DNA of 63,424 bases, counting the filler. It is 5 parts of 5 records of this genome, joined end to end, with 100 filler letters (N's around TTAATTAATTAA, not from the genome) between each part and the next. Parts side by side here need not be neighbours in the genome. Positions count along the whole stretch, not along the records: positions 1 to 13,821 come from SRR31156797_10208; positions 13,922 to 30,447 come from SRR31156797_10212; 3 more parts are not named here. One strand, given 5' to 3'. Shown here in pieces: positions 8,847 through 18,265 of the stretch. Made by a program: the position numbers and the translations under genes. Position 1 is the first letter of the stretch. Each line of letters begins with the position of its first letter. The notes under the pieces were generated by a model. It was given only the letters and a program-made list of their open reading frames with translations. It was not told where the DNA came from and made no database searches.

Positions 8847-8922
8847 TTTTTCCTCCTACAGTTGTTTTCTATAAACTTTCTTTGATTTTAGAATAAGCTC
8901 GAAAATTGGATGTTTTTTACAA

Positions 8923-8939
8923 TTGTAGATTGTTAACAA
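8923..8939. promoter_or_regulatory. Putative repressor operator TTGTAGATTGTTAACAA (eda, second site)
   Basis: One of four copies of TTGTNNATTGTTAACAA found upstream of eda and of the agarase. Confidence 0.65.
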
Positions 8940-9018
8940 TTTTATTTTTTAAAAAAATAAATAGACTAAAAGTCTAAATAAGCTTGGCAGTTTTTTATTA
9001 TGAAATTTTAAATATATT

Positions 9019-9037
9019 TTGTTGATTGTTAACAATC
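9019..9037. promoter_or_regulatory. Putative repressor operator TTGTTGATTGTTAACAATC (eda, promoter-proximal)
   Basis: Contains the perfect palindrome GATTGTTAACAATC immediately downstream of the sigma70 promoter. Confidence 0.7.
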
Positions 9038-9051
9038 TACCTTCTAGTAAA

Positions 9052-9080
9052 ATATTACCACTATTTTTATTTAAAGTCAA
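9052..9080 (-). promoter_or_regulatory. Sigma70 promoter for eda-kdgK
   Basis: Minus strand TTGACT-17 nt-TAATAT with an extended -10 TG. Confidence 0.7.
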
Positions 9081-9112
9081 TACTTTAAATATATTTTTTC
9101 AATATTTTTTTG

Positions 9113-9155
9113 AATGAAGCACCGGAGACAATTTATTCGTTTCCAGTGCTTCATT
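9113..9155 (-). terminator. Hairpin downstream of the porin gene, probable terminator
   Basis: Inverted repeat AATGAAGCACCGGA...TCCAGTGCTTCATT. The U-tail is not canonical. Confidence 0.5.
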
Positions 9156-9214
9156 ATATAGAGTAAGTATGATGTTATTACATAATATTATTAATTAAAT
9201 TTACCTTAATTTGA

Positions 9215-10417
9215 TTAGAACCATGTTTCGATTTGATATCCAAATCTAAATTCAGAACTATCTCCTTCAGTAAGAGTAACAATATCTTCGTCTCCACTAA
9301 TATAAGCCGCTGTAAATCTCATTTCAGGTCTTGCCCAGTAGTTGCCGTTACCAGTACTTAATTTTAAAGTTGGTCCAGCTGCTATCTTATATTTAGTTCC
9401 ATCTAAACCGTCAGTTCCACCTGAATTTTGTACATTATATACTACACCTTCATAAAGCATTCCCCAGTTTTTGTTAATTTTTTGAGAAATTCTCGCTGCT
9501 GCAGTTAATGCTGTTTCTGCTTCTTTTCCATCTGCATTGTAGTTTGTAGTAGTAAACATAGCTACAGGATCAACGATTAAACCTTCTGCAGGATAGAATG
9601 AACCATCTGCTATTATTCTCATTGATTTATCCTCTTCATCAGTAGATAATAGAGTTCTTCCTAATTGAGTTGCTGTTTTCCCTGTTCCGGCTTGAACAAT
9701 AAGTTTTGCTGATCCGTCAGTTAAACCATAATATGAGTTCATATCATAAACAAGTGTAGCATCTACTGCACCATCAGTATTGTTTGTATCACCCATTGTA
9801 TCTTCTAAATCATCAAATTCAGCTACTTTTGTATAATTAACTCTTACACTTGCTGCTCCAAAACTAACTCTACCTGTCAAAGTAGTTGCTTCTACATTAT
9901 TTCCATTAATAGCCATCCAGTTAGCTGTACTACTCAATATACCAAAATCATAGTTTTTAGTTTCAAGCCCTACCCCTGTTCCAGCTAGTTCTTGCCATTT
10001 TGTATCCATAATGAATATATCTTGATTTTTTTCTACTGTACCCATCCAGATATTAGAACCTTCCGGTAAAAATTCCAGTCCACCAATCTCTACAAAGTTT
10101 TTCTCAGCATTAAAATTGTTCCATCTTCTATCAGGGTGATCACTGAAGTAAGTCATTTCTAAAGTATATTTTGCCCATTCTCCATTTTCTCCTGTCCATG
10201 ATTTACGGAATGTAGAGGCAAGCCAAGTATCATACTCATTTCCTAATCTTCCTACTTGTGTAGTTTCATAATTTGTTAAATTTAGAAGGTTCGCGTTATA
10301 TCCGCCACCGGTCTTCATATAACCTCCCCAGCTAAATGAATCATTTGCTAAAGCTGTAGCTGATCCACAAATCATAAGTGCCGTTAAACCTAATTTTAAT
10401 TTGTTCATTTTTTTCAT
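9215..10417 (-). CDS. Carbohydrate porin, LamB/maltoporin family
   Basis: Signal peptide. LamB hallmarks GRLGNE, YWARPEMRF and a C-terminal FGYQIETWF. Confidence 0.85.
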   Translation of the reverse strand: MKKMNKLKLGLTALMICGSATALANDSFSWGGYMKTGGGYNANLLNLTNYETTQVGRLGNEYDTWLASTFRKSWTGENGEWAKYTLEMTYFSDHPDRRWNNFNAEKNFVEIGGLEFLPEGSNIWMGTVEKNQDIFIMDTKWQELAGTGVGLETKNYDFGILSSTANWMAINGNNVEATTLTGRVSFGAASVRVNYTKVAEFDDLEDTMGDTNNTDGAVDATLVYDMNSYYGLTDGSAKLIVQAGTGKTATQLGRTLLSTDEEDKSMRIIADGSFYPAEGLIVDPVAMFTTTNYNADGKEAETALTAAARISQKINKNWGMLYEGVVYNVQNSGGTDGLDGTKYKIAAGPTLKLSTGNGNYWARPEMRFTAAYISGDEDIVTLTEGDSSEFRFGYQIETWF

Positions 10418-10649
10418 TTTTTAATTCCTCCTGTTTGTTTTATAATTGCATAACTTTTATAAGCATAAATTTATCAAATATTAATTTTATGATTTTTTTA
10501 GAAATTCGAAAAAAGAAGTTTAAATTGAGATAATTTTCAAAACAATATTCTCGACTAAAAGAGGAGTTTTTTAGTTATTCACAACTCAAACATCTCCTTT
10601 TCCGAATTTCAAATTATAAATTTTAATTATAATTTTCTTTAAATACTTA

Positions 10650-13397
10650 TTAACTATTTTCAATCCTAATATTATCTATAATGAATTCATCTGCTGTTGA
10701 ATCAAAATCATTGTCTTCCCATAAATACATGTTAAACCATTTAATTTCAGAAGTATTTACTCCACTGCTATCTGCTCCCCAGTAACCATCAGTACTCCAT
10801 TTAGCAGGTGCTGCCTCAAATTTATCTATTTTAATTGTTCTGGATTCATTAGCTTCAAAACTAAAATAATAAGTTCTAATATTTCCGCTCATATCTTCAA
10901 AATTCATTCGAAGTTGTATTTTCTGATTATTTGGATTAATAACATCTGCTTTAAACACAGGGTTTGATCCAAAATCAACAGCTGTTTTTGTATCTTCACT
11001 TGCCGGAATTACTACTCCACCATAAGCTGAATCCAATTTACCTACTTTTACTTTCATAGCTGTTGTTCCATCAGTTACGTTATTTGTTAGCATCTCTACC
11101 TGAGCACCTTCGTATGCCCAAATAATAGTCTGCTCAGTATCTTCAAAAGAAATTTTATTAATTTGTGACTTAACAATTGTTGGATTATAGTATTCTACCG
11201 AGTTATGTCTAATTGTATAAACATCGTTGTTAATCTCTGTAGCATCCTTAACTAAATCATCATATGGAGTATCCGTTACACTAACAAATCCTGTATTGTA
11301 ATTCTCTCCATCCCAAGCTCTACCGGCGGTAGGTTGATCATAGTATTGAAACCAATGTGCTCCTACAAAGAATGGATTATCAAGTACATCTTGAATATAA
11401 TCTTTGTACATCTCTCCTCTTGTTTCCTGATTAGTAGCTGAAACTATACCAGACATAAACTGTCCTCTATCTTTTGAGCCAAAATGAAATTCCCCGATAA
11501 TACATGGAACATCCAGTTTTTCTATTAATTCAAATTCTGATTTTTTAAGATCTGTTTTATACCAGTTGAAACTTACTACATCACAAAACTCAGCAGATGC
11601 TCTAACGACTTCATCAGGTCGTCCCCAATCAGCCATTCTGTTCCCAACATACATTTGGTCGATTCCGGCTGTTTTCAGCTCTTCTCTTACCACTCTGTAG
11701 TATTGCTTTGCATATTCATGAAGCATAAATGATAGATCAATTTTCATTCCATCTGTTAAATTTTCTGCAACACTATATGATTTTTCTAAATCTTCCCAAG
11801 ATTCAATTTCTTTTTCTGTTTGCCAAGTATCATTAAGCTTTGAAATATCTCTTGAATATTTATCTTTTAATTTATCAAGCAAAGCAACTTTAGCAGGGCT
11901 GTTTTCAATATTTTGCTCCAATGCACTATAGATCAATCCATAATACATTTGATCACTTTGATTATTTCCCCAACTCATTTCATTATCAACGAATACTCCT
12001 ATGCACCAAGGATCATTTTTGATTTGACTCGAAAGAGTTTCAGCCATAGCTCTTGTTGATTTTCTAAACTCTGCATCAAAGGGATCAGCCAGAGGTCCCC
12101 AATAATTTGAACCACTATTAAGTTTTTTAAACTCACCATTTATCCAGCCATGCCCGAAGTAAGGAACTCTGTTCTCCTCTCCCTGTCCCCAGAACATCTC
12201 AGGATCAGACCAGTTACCAAAAGAAGTAAAGCCCCAGGCAGTTGTTCTCTTAAGTGCTGTTTCTTTCCACTCTTGTTTCCACTTATCTCCATATTTTTTC
12301 TCAAGATTTGCAGTATAGAAATTAAATACATCTCCGGATTTAACAGGTCCTTTAAATAAATATGGCGCATAGCTGTAGTGCTCAGAAAATTGACCACTCT
12401 TATCAGGTAGCTCCTCAAACATATCCTCTCTCGCGGTAATTAATGTATTCATATCTTCCAGTCTCATAATATCAAGACCTGTTGAGAAAAATGGATATCC
12501 GTCCGGATCAATTAACCACCATTTTCCGGCAATTTTTTCGACTCTAAAGTATTCGTCAGCTGCCTGCCTTAACTCTTCGTTCTTCCATCCACCAAATTTT
12601 GATCTTCCCTCGATTTCACCAGGTATTGATTTTGCAAGTTCTTTTTCTTCTATATTTTTTCTAAATATTAAGTCATCATCCGAATAAACTTTCCCGTCCC
12701 AATCTCCACCGCTATACTGTCCGTATTTATCAATAATATTTGATACTAGCGAAGTACCTTCTTGAGATGGAACTATTTTTATATTATCAATTATTATTTC
12801 TGAATCTTCTGCCGGGTTCATTTGAAAAATAATAAATCCTATTATCTCTCTTGGGTTTAAATTTTCGCCCCAAGCCTTTTTCAGTATCTTTCCAGGTAAA
12901 CCTCTCATTCCGTAATCTCTGCTATCTTCTTCAAAGGTTAAATTTACTGTTACTGTGCTACTTGCTTCAGCAGTCAGCGTATAAGTATATGCTCCGTTTA
13001 ATCCACCTATCTTGTCTACGCCTCTACAATCAAGTCTTAGATTAAAATCCACTGCTTTATCTGCATCATTTCTAATATCAAATGACATAGAGTAACCCTG
13101 CCAATTCATCTGTTCGTTTAGCTTAAACTCCACACCGGGATAAGCATTATTTTTGTCAGCTATAAATTTCATTGCAAATTCATTATTTTCAGTATTTACT
13201 TTCACTCCGTTTTCCTTATAGCTAAACTCTTGAATAGTTTCAAAATCTGAAATAATCTTCTCAGCAGATTGTTTCTGTGCTATTTCAATTTTTTCTTCAA
13301 TAACAGGTTCATCTTTCATAAGTACTTCATTTGATCCACTACACCCTCCTACTATTAGAAGTGAAGCAGCTAATAGTACAGTTGATGATTTTTTCAT
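10650..13397 (-). CDS. GH50 beta-agarase lipoprotein with N- and C-terminal CBM-like domains
   Basis: Lipobox IVGGC. Motifs WWLIDPDGYPFFSTGLD, WGFTSFGNW, catalytic VFVDNEMSWG and IIGEFHFG, and GAHWFQYYDQP..GRAWDGENYN. Confidence 0.92.
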   Translation of the reverse strand: MKKSSTVLLAASLLIVGGCSGSNEVLMKDEPVIEEKIEIAQKQSAEKIISDFETIQEFSYKENGVKVNTENNEFAMKFIADKNNAYPGVEFKLNEQMNWQGYSMSFDIRNDADKAVDFNLRLDCRGVDKIGGLNGAYTYTLTAEASSTVTVNLTFEEDSRDYGMRGLPGKILKKAWGENLNPREIIGFIIFQMNPAEDSEIIIDNIKIVPSQEGTSLVSNIIDKYGQYSGGDWDGKVYSDDDLIFRKNIEEKELAKSIPGEIEGRSKFGGWKNEELRQAADEYFRVEKIAGKWWLIDPDGYPFFSTGLDIMRLEDMNTLITAREDMFEELPDKSGQFSEHYSYAPYLFKGPVKSGDVFNFYTANLEKKYGDKWKQEWKETALKRTTAWGFTSFGNWSDPEMFWGQGEENRVPYFGHGWINGEFKKLNSGSNYWGPLADPFDAEFRKSTRAMAETLSSQIKNDPWCIGVFVDNEMSWGNNQSDQMYYGLIYSALEQNIENSPAKVALLDKLKDKYSRDISKLNDTWQTEKEIESWEDLEKSYSVAENLTDGMKIDLSFMLHEYAKQYYRVVREELKTAGIDQMYVGNRMADWGRPDEVVRASAEFCDVVSFNWYKTDLKKSEFELIEKLDVPCIIGEFHFGSKDRGQFMSGIVSATNQETRGEMYKDYIQDVLDNPFFVGAHWFQYYDQPTAGRAWDGENYNTGFVSVTDTPYDDLVKDATEINNDVYTIRHNSVEYYNPTIVKSQINKISFEDTEQTIIWAYEGAQVEMLTNNVTDGTTAMKVKVGKLDSAYGGVVIPASEDTKTAVDFGSNPVFKADVINPNNQKIQLRMNFEDMSGNIRTYYFSFEANESRTIKIDKFEAAPAKWSTDGYWGADSSGVNTSEIKWFNMYLWEDNDFDSTADEFIIDNIRIENS

Positions 13398-13454
13398 TTA
13401 ATCACACTCCTTTGAAATAATTTAATTAATTTCAAACACCATACATTTTGTCGA

Positions 13455-13471
13455 TTGTCTATTGTTAACAA
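13455..13471. promoter_or_regulatory. Putative repressor operator TTGTCTATTGTTAACAA (agarase, second site)
   Basis: Copy of the shared motif, preceded by an extra TTGTCGA heptad. Confidence 0.65.
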
Positions 13472-13556
13472 TTTTAAAATGTGTAAAAAAGTATTTGATA
13501 TCTCAATATCAAATAGATTCGTAATCTTATATTATTTTTTCCTAATCTTTTTTCAG

Positions 13557-13573
13557 TTGTTGATTGTTAACAA
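13557..13573. promoter_or_regulatory. Putative repressor operator TTGTTGATTGTTAACAA (agarase, promoter-proximal)
   Basis: 17-mer identical to 9019-9035, at almost the same distance from its promoter. Confidence 0.7.
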
Positions 13574-13591
13574 CTTCCTATCTTGGTAATG

Positions 13592-13620
13592 ATTGTACCA
13601 CAACAGTTCTAAATTTTCAA
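13592..13620 (-). promoter_or_regulatory. Sigma70 promoter for agarase-porin
   Basis: Minus strand TTGAAA-17 nt-TACAAT with an extended -10 TG. Confidence 0.7.
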
Positions 13621-13693
13621 GAAGAAAACATAATATTTTTTATAAAATATTTTTTTCTTATACTTAACATCTTTTCTGAAAAGCGAACACTAC

Positions 13694-13740
13694 AAAAAAC
13701 CTCGAAATATCAAAATTCAAATTTTGATATCGAGGTTTTT
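13694..13740. terminator. Bidirectional terminator-like hairpin
   Basis: AAAAAACCTCGAAATATCAAAAT...ATTTTGATATCGAGGTTTTT. Confidence 0.6.
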
Positions 13741-13821
13741 ATATTTTTTAAATTAGTTTCTTATACATCCACGAGCTTAAACATCCCATGATTTAAGGGT
13801 TTTTAGCGAAGTGATGTATCA

Positions 13822-13921
13822 NNNNNNNNNNNNNNNNNNNNNNNNNNNNNNNNNNNNNNNNNNNNTTAATTAATTAANNNNNNNNNNNNNNNNNNNNNNN
13901 NNNNNNNNNNNNNNNNNNNNN
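13822..13921. other. Artificial contig spacer
   Basis: N44-TTAATTAATTAA-N44. Gene content and taxon change across it. Confidence 0.99.
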
Positions 13922-14077
13922 CATGATAGGCATCATAATCATAAACATATCAGTGATAAAAGCTTTTACACGAGTAAGTGGAGAGACACAAAGCCCTTGG
14001 AGTGTTGGACCTTGTTGTTTATTTTTTGTAACTTGAGGAGTAACTTTCCCTTTTTTTACATCTCTCCAACGTGCCAT
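13922..14077 (-). CDS. RDD family membrane protein, 3'-truncated
   Basis: MARWRDVKKGK...RVKAFITDMFMIMMPI carries the RDD R..A...D motif and follows pyrE, as in Campylobacterota. Confidence 0.7.
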
Positions 14078-14085
14078 TGAAAGTT

Positions 14086-14688
14086 TTAGTTTCCTCTGCT
14101 TCCAGGCTTATATGCGATATCTTTGAAGTCACACTCTTCAGGTGTATACATTTTAAATGTAAAATCCTCTAAAGCAAAAAGTGGAAGATCTTTTGGTAAT
14201 TTACAGTTGCTTTTTGCCTCATCATTTGATCCGACTCTTGTACAAAACCCTCTATTTGCTAATGCAGCATATCCTACGATCTCTCCACCTGCAGCTTCAA
14301 CTTGTTTTGCAGCTTCTAAAGCACTTCCTCCAGTTGTGATAATATCTTCACAAATAAGATATTTTTCACCCTCTTGTACTTCAAATCCTCTTCGAATAGT
14401 CATCTCACCATCTACTCGTTCAGCGAAAATAAATCGTACATCAAGTGCCGCAGCAAGTGCAAAGCCAGCGATCAATCCACCAAGGGCAGGAGAGCATATT
14501 GCATCTACTTTTATTCCATTTTCTTTGATTTGTTCTGCTAATGCCTCAGCTAAAAGCTTAGCAGTTTTTGGATCTTCAAGTACTTTTGCACTTTGCAAAT
14601 AGTGTTTTGAATAATTACCACTACTTAATTTAAAATGTCCCTCTAAAAGTGCCCCAGCATCTTTATATATTTGTTCAATATTCATCAA
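14086..14688 (-). CDS. pyrE: Orotate phosphoribosyltransferase
   Basis: Motif [10 protein letters not shown] and the PRPP-binding motif [11 protein letters not shown]. Confidence 0.96.
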   Translation of the reverse strand: MMNIEQIYKDAGALLEGHFKLSSGNYSKHYLQSAKVLEDPKTAKLLAEALAEQIKENGIKVDAICSPALGGLIAGFALAAALDVRFIFAERVDGEMTIRRGFEVQEGEKYLICEDIITTGGSALEAAKQVEAAGGEIVGYAALANRGFCTRVGSNDEAKSNCKLPKDLPLFALEDFTFKMYTPEECDFKDIAYKPGSRGN

Positions 14689-14695
14689 AAGATAC

Positions 14696-15253
14696 CTATA
14701 TAGTCATAATTTCGTTATCTTTTGCTTTAAACATCTCATCTGTTTTAGCTACATAACTATCAGTAATTTTTTGCACTTCTTCTTGTGCTTGTTTTGATTC
14801 ATCTTGAGTGATCTCTTTATCTTTTTCAAGCTTTTTGATCTTGTTGTTTGCATTTTGTCTTACATTTCTAATCGCAACTTTTGCATCATCTGTCATCCCT
14901 TTTGCTTGCTTTACTGATTCTTTTCTTTGATCTTGTGTCATTGGAGGGAAAAATAGTTGTACCGATTCACCATTGTTATTTGGGTTAACACCAATATTTG
15001 CTTCATTGATCGCTTTTTCAATTGGTCCAACCATATTTTTCTCCCATGGAGAGATATTGATTGTTGTACCATCTGGTGTAAGGATAGTTGCTACTTGAGA
15101 TAATGCGGTAGGGTTCCCATAATAATCAACAGTAATATTATCTAAAATTGAAGTATGAACCTTCCCTGTTCTAACCGTACTATAATCTCTTTTTAATGAC
15201 TCTAAAGATTTATCCATATGCTCTTTTGTGTCTGCATAAATTTCATTTAACAT
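14696..15253 (-). CDS. frr: Ribosome recycling factor
   Basis: Motifs VRTGK, VDYYG, NPNNNG and KVAIRNVR. Start reset to MLNEIY (15253), which follows an AGGAG RBS. Confidence 0.97.
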   Translation of the reverse strand: MLNEIYADTKEHMDKSLESLKRDYSTVRTGKVHTSILDNITVDYYGNPTALSQVATILTPDGTTINISPWEKNMVGPIEKAINEANIGVNPNNNGESVQLFFPPMTQDQRKESVKQAKGMTDDAKVAIRNVRQNANNKIKKLEKDKEITQDESKQAQEEVQKITDSYVAKTDEMFKAKDNEIMTI

Positions 15254-16217
15254 TGTAATTCTCCTTTTTATTAACTTTATTAATGATCTTATTTGAGATG
15301 GTAAAAACATCTGGCCCTAACATCACACGTGTTCTTGTTTTTTTTAGATAAAGATTCATTTTTTTATCAACAATCCCATCTACCACATCAACATCGATCC
15401 AACCATTTCCAGTAATGTATAATTTTAGCTTTTCATAACTTGGATCAACTTTAGCATGAACTCTTTTTAGTATACCATCTTTTGGAAACTCTTTAGGTTC
15501 AAACCACTCCACATCAAAAGTTGTATACCTCAATTTATGTTCCAAGTTTACTTCACCAACTAATGCGATTCTTGGGATATCATATCTATCAGTTTTTTTA
15601 TTGACTGAACCAGTGTTTTGATTTAATATTGCATCAAATTCAAAGTTCTCTTTTAATACTTTTTGTACCTGTTCATTATATTCACCATACGGATACGCAT
15701 ATATTTTTGGAGCCATCCCAAGATTTTGTTCAAAAAGCTCATAAGCTTTTTTTGTATCTTCTATTATTTGATCAGTTGTAAGATTTTGCAGTCTTGGATG
15801 TGAAAAAGAGTGTAGACCAATAGTTCCAAACTCTGATGCCTCTTGCAACTGCTCCCATGTCATATAATCACCATATTTTTTATCAGTCGCTTCCACATAA
15901 ACAAAAAGACTAAATGGATATCCATATTGTTTAAAGATTGGTAATCCATGATCATAAAAACTTTTATATGCATCATCAATAGTTAGAGCAACCCATTTGT
16001 ATGGAACCGTCTCATTATTTTGAAGCTTTTTTACAATATCTTCTAATGGAACTACCGTATATCCATTATTTTTAAAATACTCAAATTGATTTTTTAATTC
16101 GATTGATGTTGTATCAGCACTTTTATATCTAGGATCATCGAAACGATGATACACAAAGATATGAGCCTCAGCAAAAAGATAAAGTAAAGAGAAACATAAA
16201 AAAAATAAAGCTCTCAT
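15243..16217 (-). CDS. Polysaccharide deacetylase family protein (CE4)
   Basis: Signal peptide. Motifs YHRF, LTIDDAY, HSFSH and AYPYG. Confidence 0.9.
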   Translation of the reverse strand: MRALFFLCFSLLYLFAEAHIFVYHRFDDPRYKSADTTSIELKNQFEYFKNNGYTVVPLEDIVKKLQNNETVPYKWVALTIDDAYKSFYDHGLPIFKQYGYPFSLFVYVEATDKKYGDYMTWEQLQEASEFGTIGLHSFSHPRLQNLTTDQIIEDTKKAYELFEQNLGMAPKIYAYPYGEYNEQVQKVLKENFEFDAILNQNTGSVNKKTDRYDIPRIALVGEVNLEHKLRYTTFDVEWFEPKEFPKDGILKRVHAKVDPSYEKLKLYITGNGWIDVDVVDGIVDKKMNLYLKKTRTRVMLGPDVFTISNKIINKVNKKENYNVK

Positions 16218-16237
16218 TTTAACTTTATCTCTTTATA

Positions 16238-16570
16238 TTATTTAGTTGTTGGCGCTGCAGGAGCAGAAGGTGTTGAAGTAGTAGTTTGTGGAGCATTTGG
16301 TACAAGCTTATTGATCTCTACATTATCCACAACACTTTTTGAGTACTCTTGATTGTATAAGTATCCTAAATATAAAGTGTTTAAAACAAGTGCAAGTCCC
16401 AATCCAAAGGTGATCTTTGTTAAGAAATTTGCTGGACCTTTTGCTCCAAACATTGACTCATTACTTCCACTATATGCTCCAAGTCCCATACTTGAACTTT
16501 TTTGTAATAAAACAGCAATACTTAAAAGAACTGCTAAAATAAATTGTAAAATTAATAAAGTTGATGTCAT
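16238..16570 (-). CDS. secG: Preprotein translocase subunit SecG
   Basis: VLLQKSSSMGLGAYSGSNESMFGAKGPANFLTKIT. Start reset to MTSTLL. Confidence 0.93.
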   Translation of the reverse strand: MTSTLLILQFILAVLLSIAVLLQKSSSMGLGAYSGSNESMFGAKGPANFLTKITFGLGLALVLNTLYLGYLYNQEYSKSVVDNVEINKLVPNAPQTTTSTPSAPAAPTTK

Positions 16571-16792
16571 TTGTAACCTTTTGTATCTCTTATGATAAAA
16601 TGAACGCAATAATATCTAAAGCTTAATTAAAAATAAGTTAATTAAGCTTTCTATATGTCTTTTTTTTTAATTTTTATATATGGTTTTAAAAATAAAATTA
16701 CTAAATATTTACAAATTATATGGAAATTATATCTTTATTCAAGATGAATCTCGTTAAAATATATCTAAGTATTAGTTTAAAAAGGAATCAAA

Positions 16793-17566
16793 ATGGAAAC
16801 AGATTTTGAATTAGAGATGAAAAAAACACGTTTGATCTTAGATGTCCAACCAAATATAGTCATTGTTACGGATGGGAAAAAAATAGTTGATGCAAATCAG
16901 GCATTTTTAGACTTTTTTGGAATTGACAAATTAGAAGAGTTTTTAAAAAATAGCGATTGTATTTGTGACTACTTTTTACAAGATGAAAATAATAAATATT
17001 TAAAAAAAATCTATGAAGATGGTACTACTTGGGCACAACTTATCATAAATGAGCCAAATATGTCCCATAAAGCAATGATCAAAAACAGAGATGGTGAAAA
17101 TAGAATTTTTGAAGTAAGAGCAAACCAATTAAAAGATGACACTAAAGATTATGAACAAGACGTAGTTGTTTTTCTTGATATTACAACTATTGAGTATCAA
17201 TCTTTATTGATCTCTCAAATGGAACTTCCTATTTTAAATGTAAGTGATGATGTTACTTTAATACCATTAATAGGATTATTAGACTCAGTAAAGTCTCAAA
17301 GACTCATGGAGAATATTTTATACTCTATTAAGGACAAATCAACAAAAACAATGATAATTGATATTGGTGGTATTTTAGTAGTAGATAGTGCCGTAGCAGC
17401 ACACCTTATCAAGATAACAAAAGCTACAAAGCTTATGGGATGTACTACAATTCTCTCAGGTATTGCCCCAGATGTTGCACAAACCATCGTTAATCTTGGG
17501 ATAAATTTAGATGGGATCAATACAACAGCAACCTTACAAGATGCATTAAAAACAGTGGAACATTGA
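16793..17566 (+). CDS. rsbR: Stressosome sensor/scaffold RsbR homologue (PAS-STAS)
   Basis: N-terminal PAS-like domain (IVDANQAFLDFFG). The C-terminal STAS (LPIL..IPLIGLLDS..IIDIGGILVVDSAVAAHL..SGIAPDVAQTIVNLGI) closely matches the RsbR STAS pattern. Confidence 0.88.
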   Translation: METDFELEMKKTRLILDVQPNIVIVTDGKKIVDANQAFLDFFGIDKLEEFLKNSDCICDYFLQDENNKYLKKIYEDGTTWAQLIINEPNMSHKAMIKNRDGENRIFEVRANQLKDDTKDYEQDVVVFLDITTIEYQSLLISQMELPILNVSDDVTLIPLIGLLDSVKSQRLMENILYSIKDKSTKTMIIDIGGILVVDSAVAAHLIKITKATKLMGCTTILSGIAPDVAQTIVNLGINLDGINTTATLQDALKTVEH

Positions 17567-17571
17567 TTTAG

Positions 17572-17910
17572 ATGAAAAGTAACTTCTTTATCACAAAAAA
17601 TATTTGTACTATATCATTGGATCCCGAAGATCAATACTTAGAACAATTTGGAACAAAGATTTTAAAGATTATACAAAAGAATAAAATATCAGATGTTATT
17701 ATCAATTTAGATCAATTTGAATTTATAACCTCTAAAACTATAGAGTTTATCTCAAAAACTGTGCAAGTACTCAACCTAAACAATGTATATTCAATAGTAT
17801 GTGGATTTAATGTACAGAGTGCTTCAGTTATATTTCATTTTGTAGATACAATTACCTTTCAAACAACTTTAGATGTACAGAGTGCTTTAGATGTTATTGA
17901 AAATAGATAA
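17572..17910 (+). CDS. Divergent single-STAS RsbS-like protein
   Basis: 112 aa with the STAS pattern VIINLDQFEFITS...IVCGFN...TTLDVQSAL. It lies between rsbR and rsbT. Confidence 0.7.
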   Translation: MKSNFFITKNICTISLDPEDQYLEQFGTKILKIIQKNKISDVIINLDQFEFITSKTIEFISKTVQVLNLNNVYSIVCGFNVQSASVIFHFVDTITFQTTLDVQSALDVIENR

Positions 17911-18265
17911 AAAATCTTCCATAGATCTTCTTTTAGGACAAGTCCAGCTTTTTTTAGTCGATTATATTTCAGATAAGACATTACAAATGGAATGTAAAAC
18001 TATAGTCTCTGAGATCATATACAATATCCACAAATATGCCCCACAAGGATCTGTAAAGTTACATATAGAAAACAACCTCTTATCACTAAAAGCACAAGAT
18101 AATGGAAAAGGTATCCCAAATCTTAATGATGCCATTAAAGATGGCTATAGTACAAGTAATACACTTGGGTTAGGACTTGCTACAATATTTCGACTAAGTG
18201 ATGAGATAGATATACAAACAAGTGAAAATGGAACAATGATAGAATTAAAAAAGAGGATAAAATGA
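17891..18265 (+). CDS. rsbT: RsbT-like Ser/Thr switch kinase (GHKL)
   Basis: N-box VSEIIYNIHKYA, G1 box DNGKGI and the RsbT signature DGYSTSNTLGLGL. Confidence 0.85.
   Translation: MLLKIDKKSSIDLLLGQVQLFLVDYISDKTLQMECKTIVSEIIYNIHKYAPQGSVKLHIENNLLSLKAQDNGKGIPNLNDAIKDGYSTSNTLGLGLATIFRLSDEIDIQTSENGTMIELKKRIK

Noticed and set aside
1-13821. Complete DGR (RT, avd, template repeat)
   Set aside because: I found no reverse transcriptase ORF and no AAC-rich copy of the candidate variable region in any intergenic region of this contig. Only a possible target is reported.
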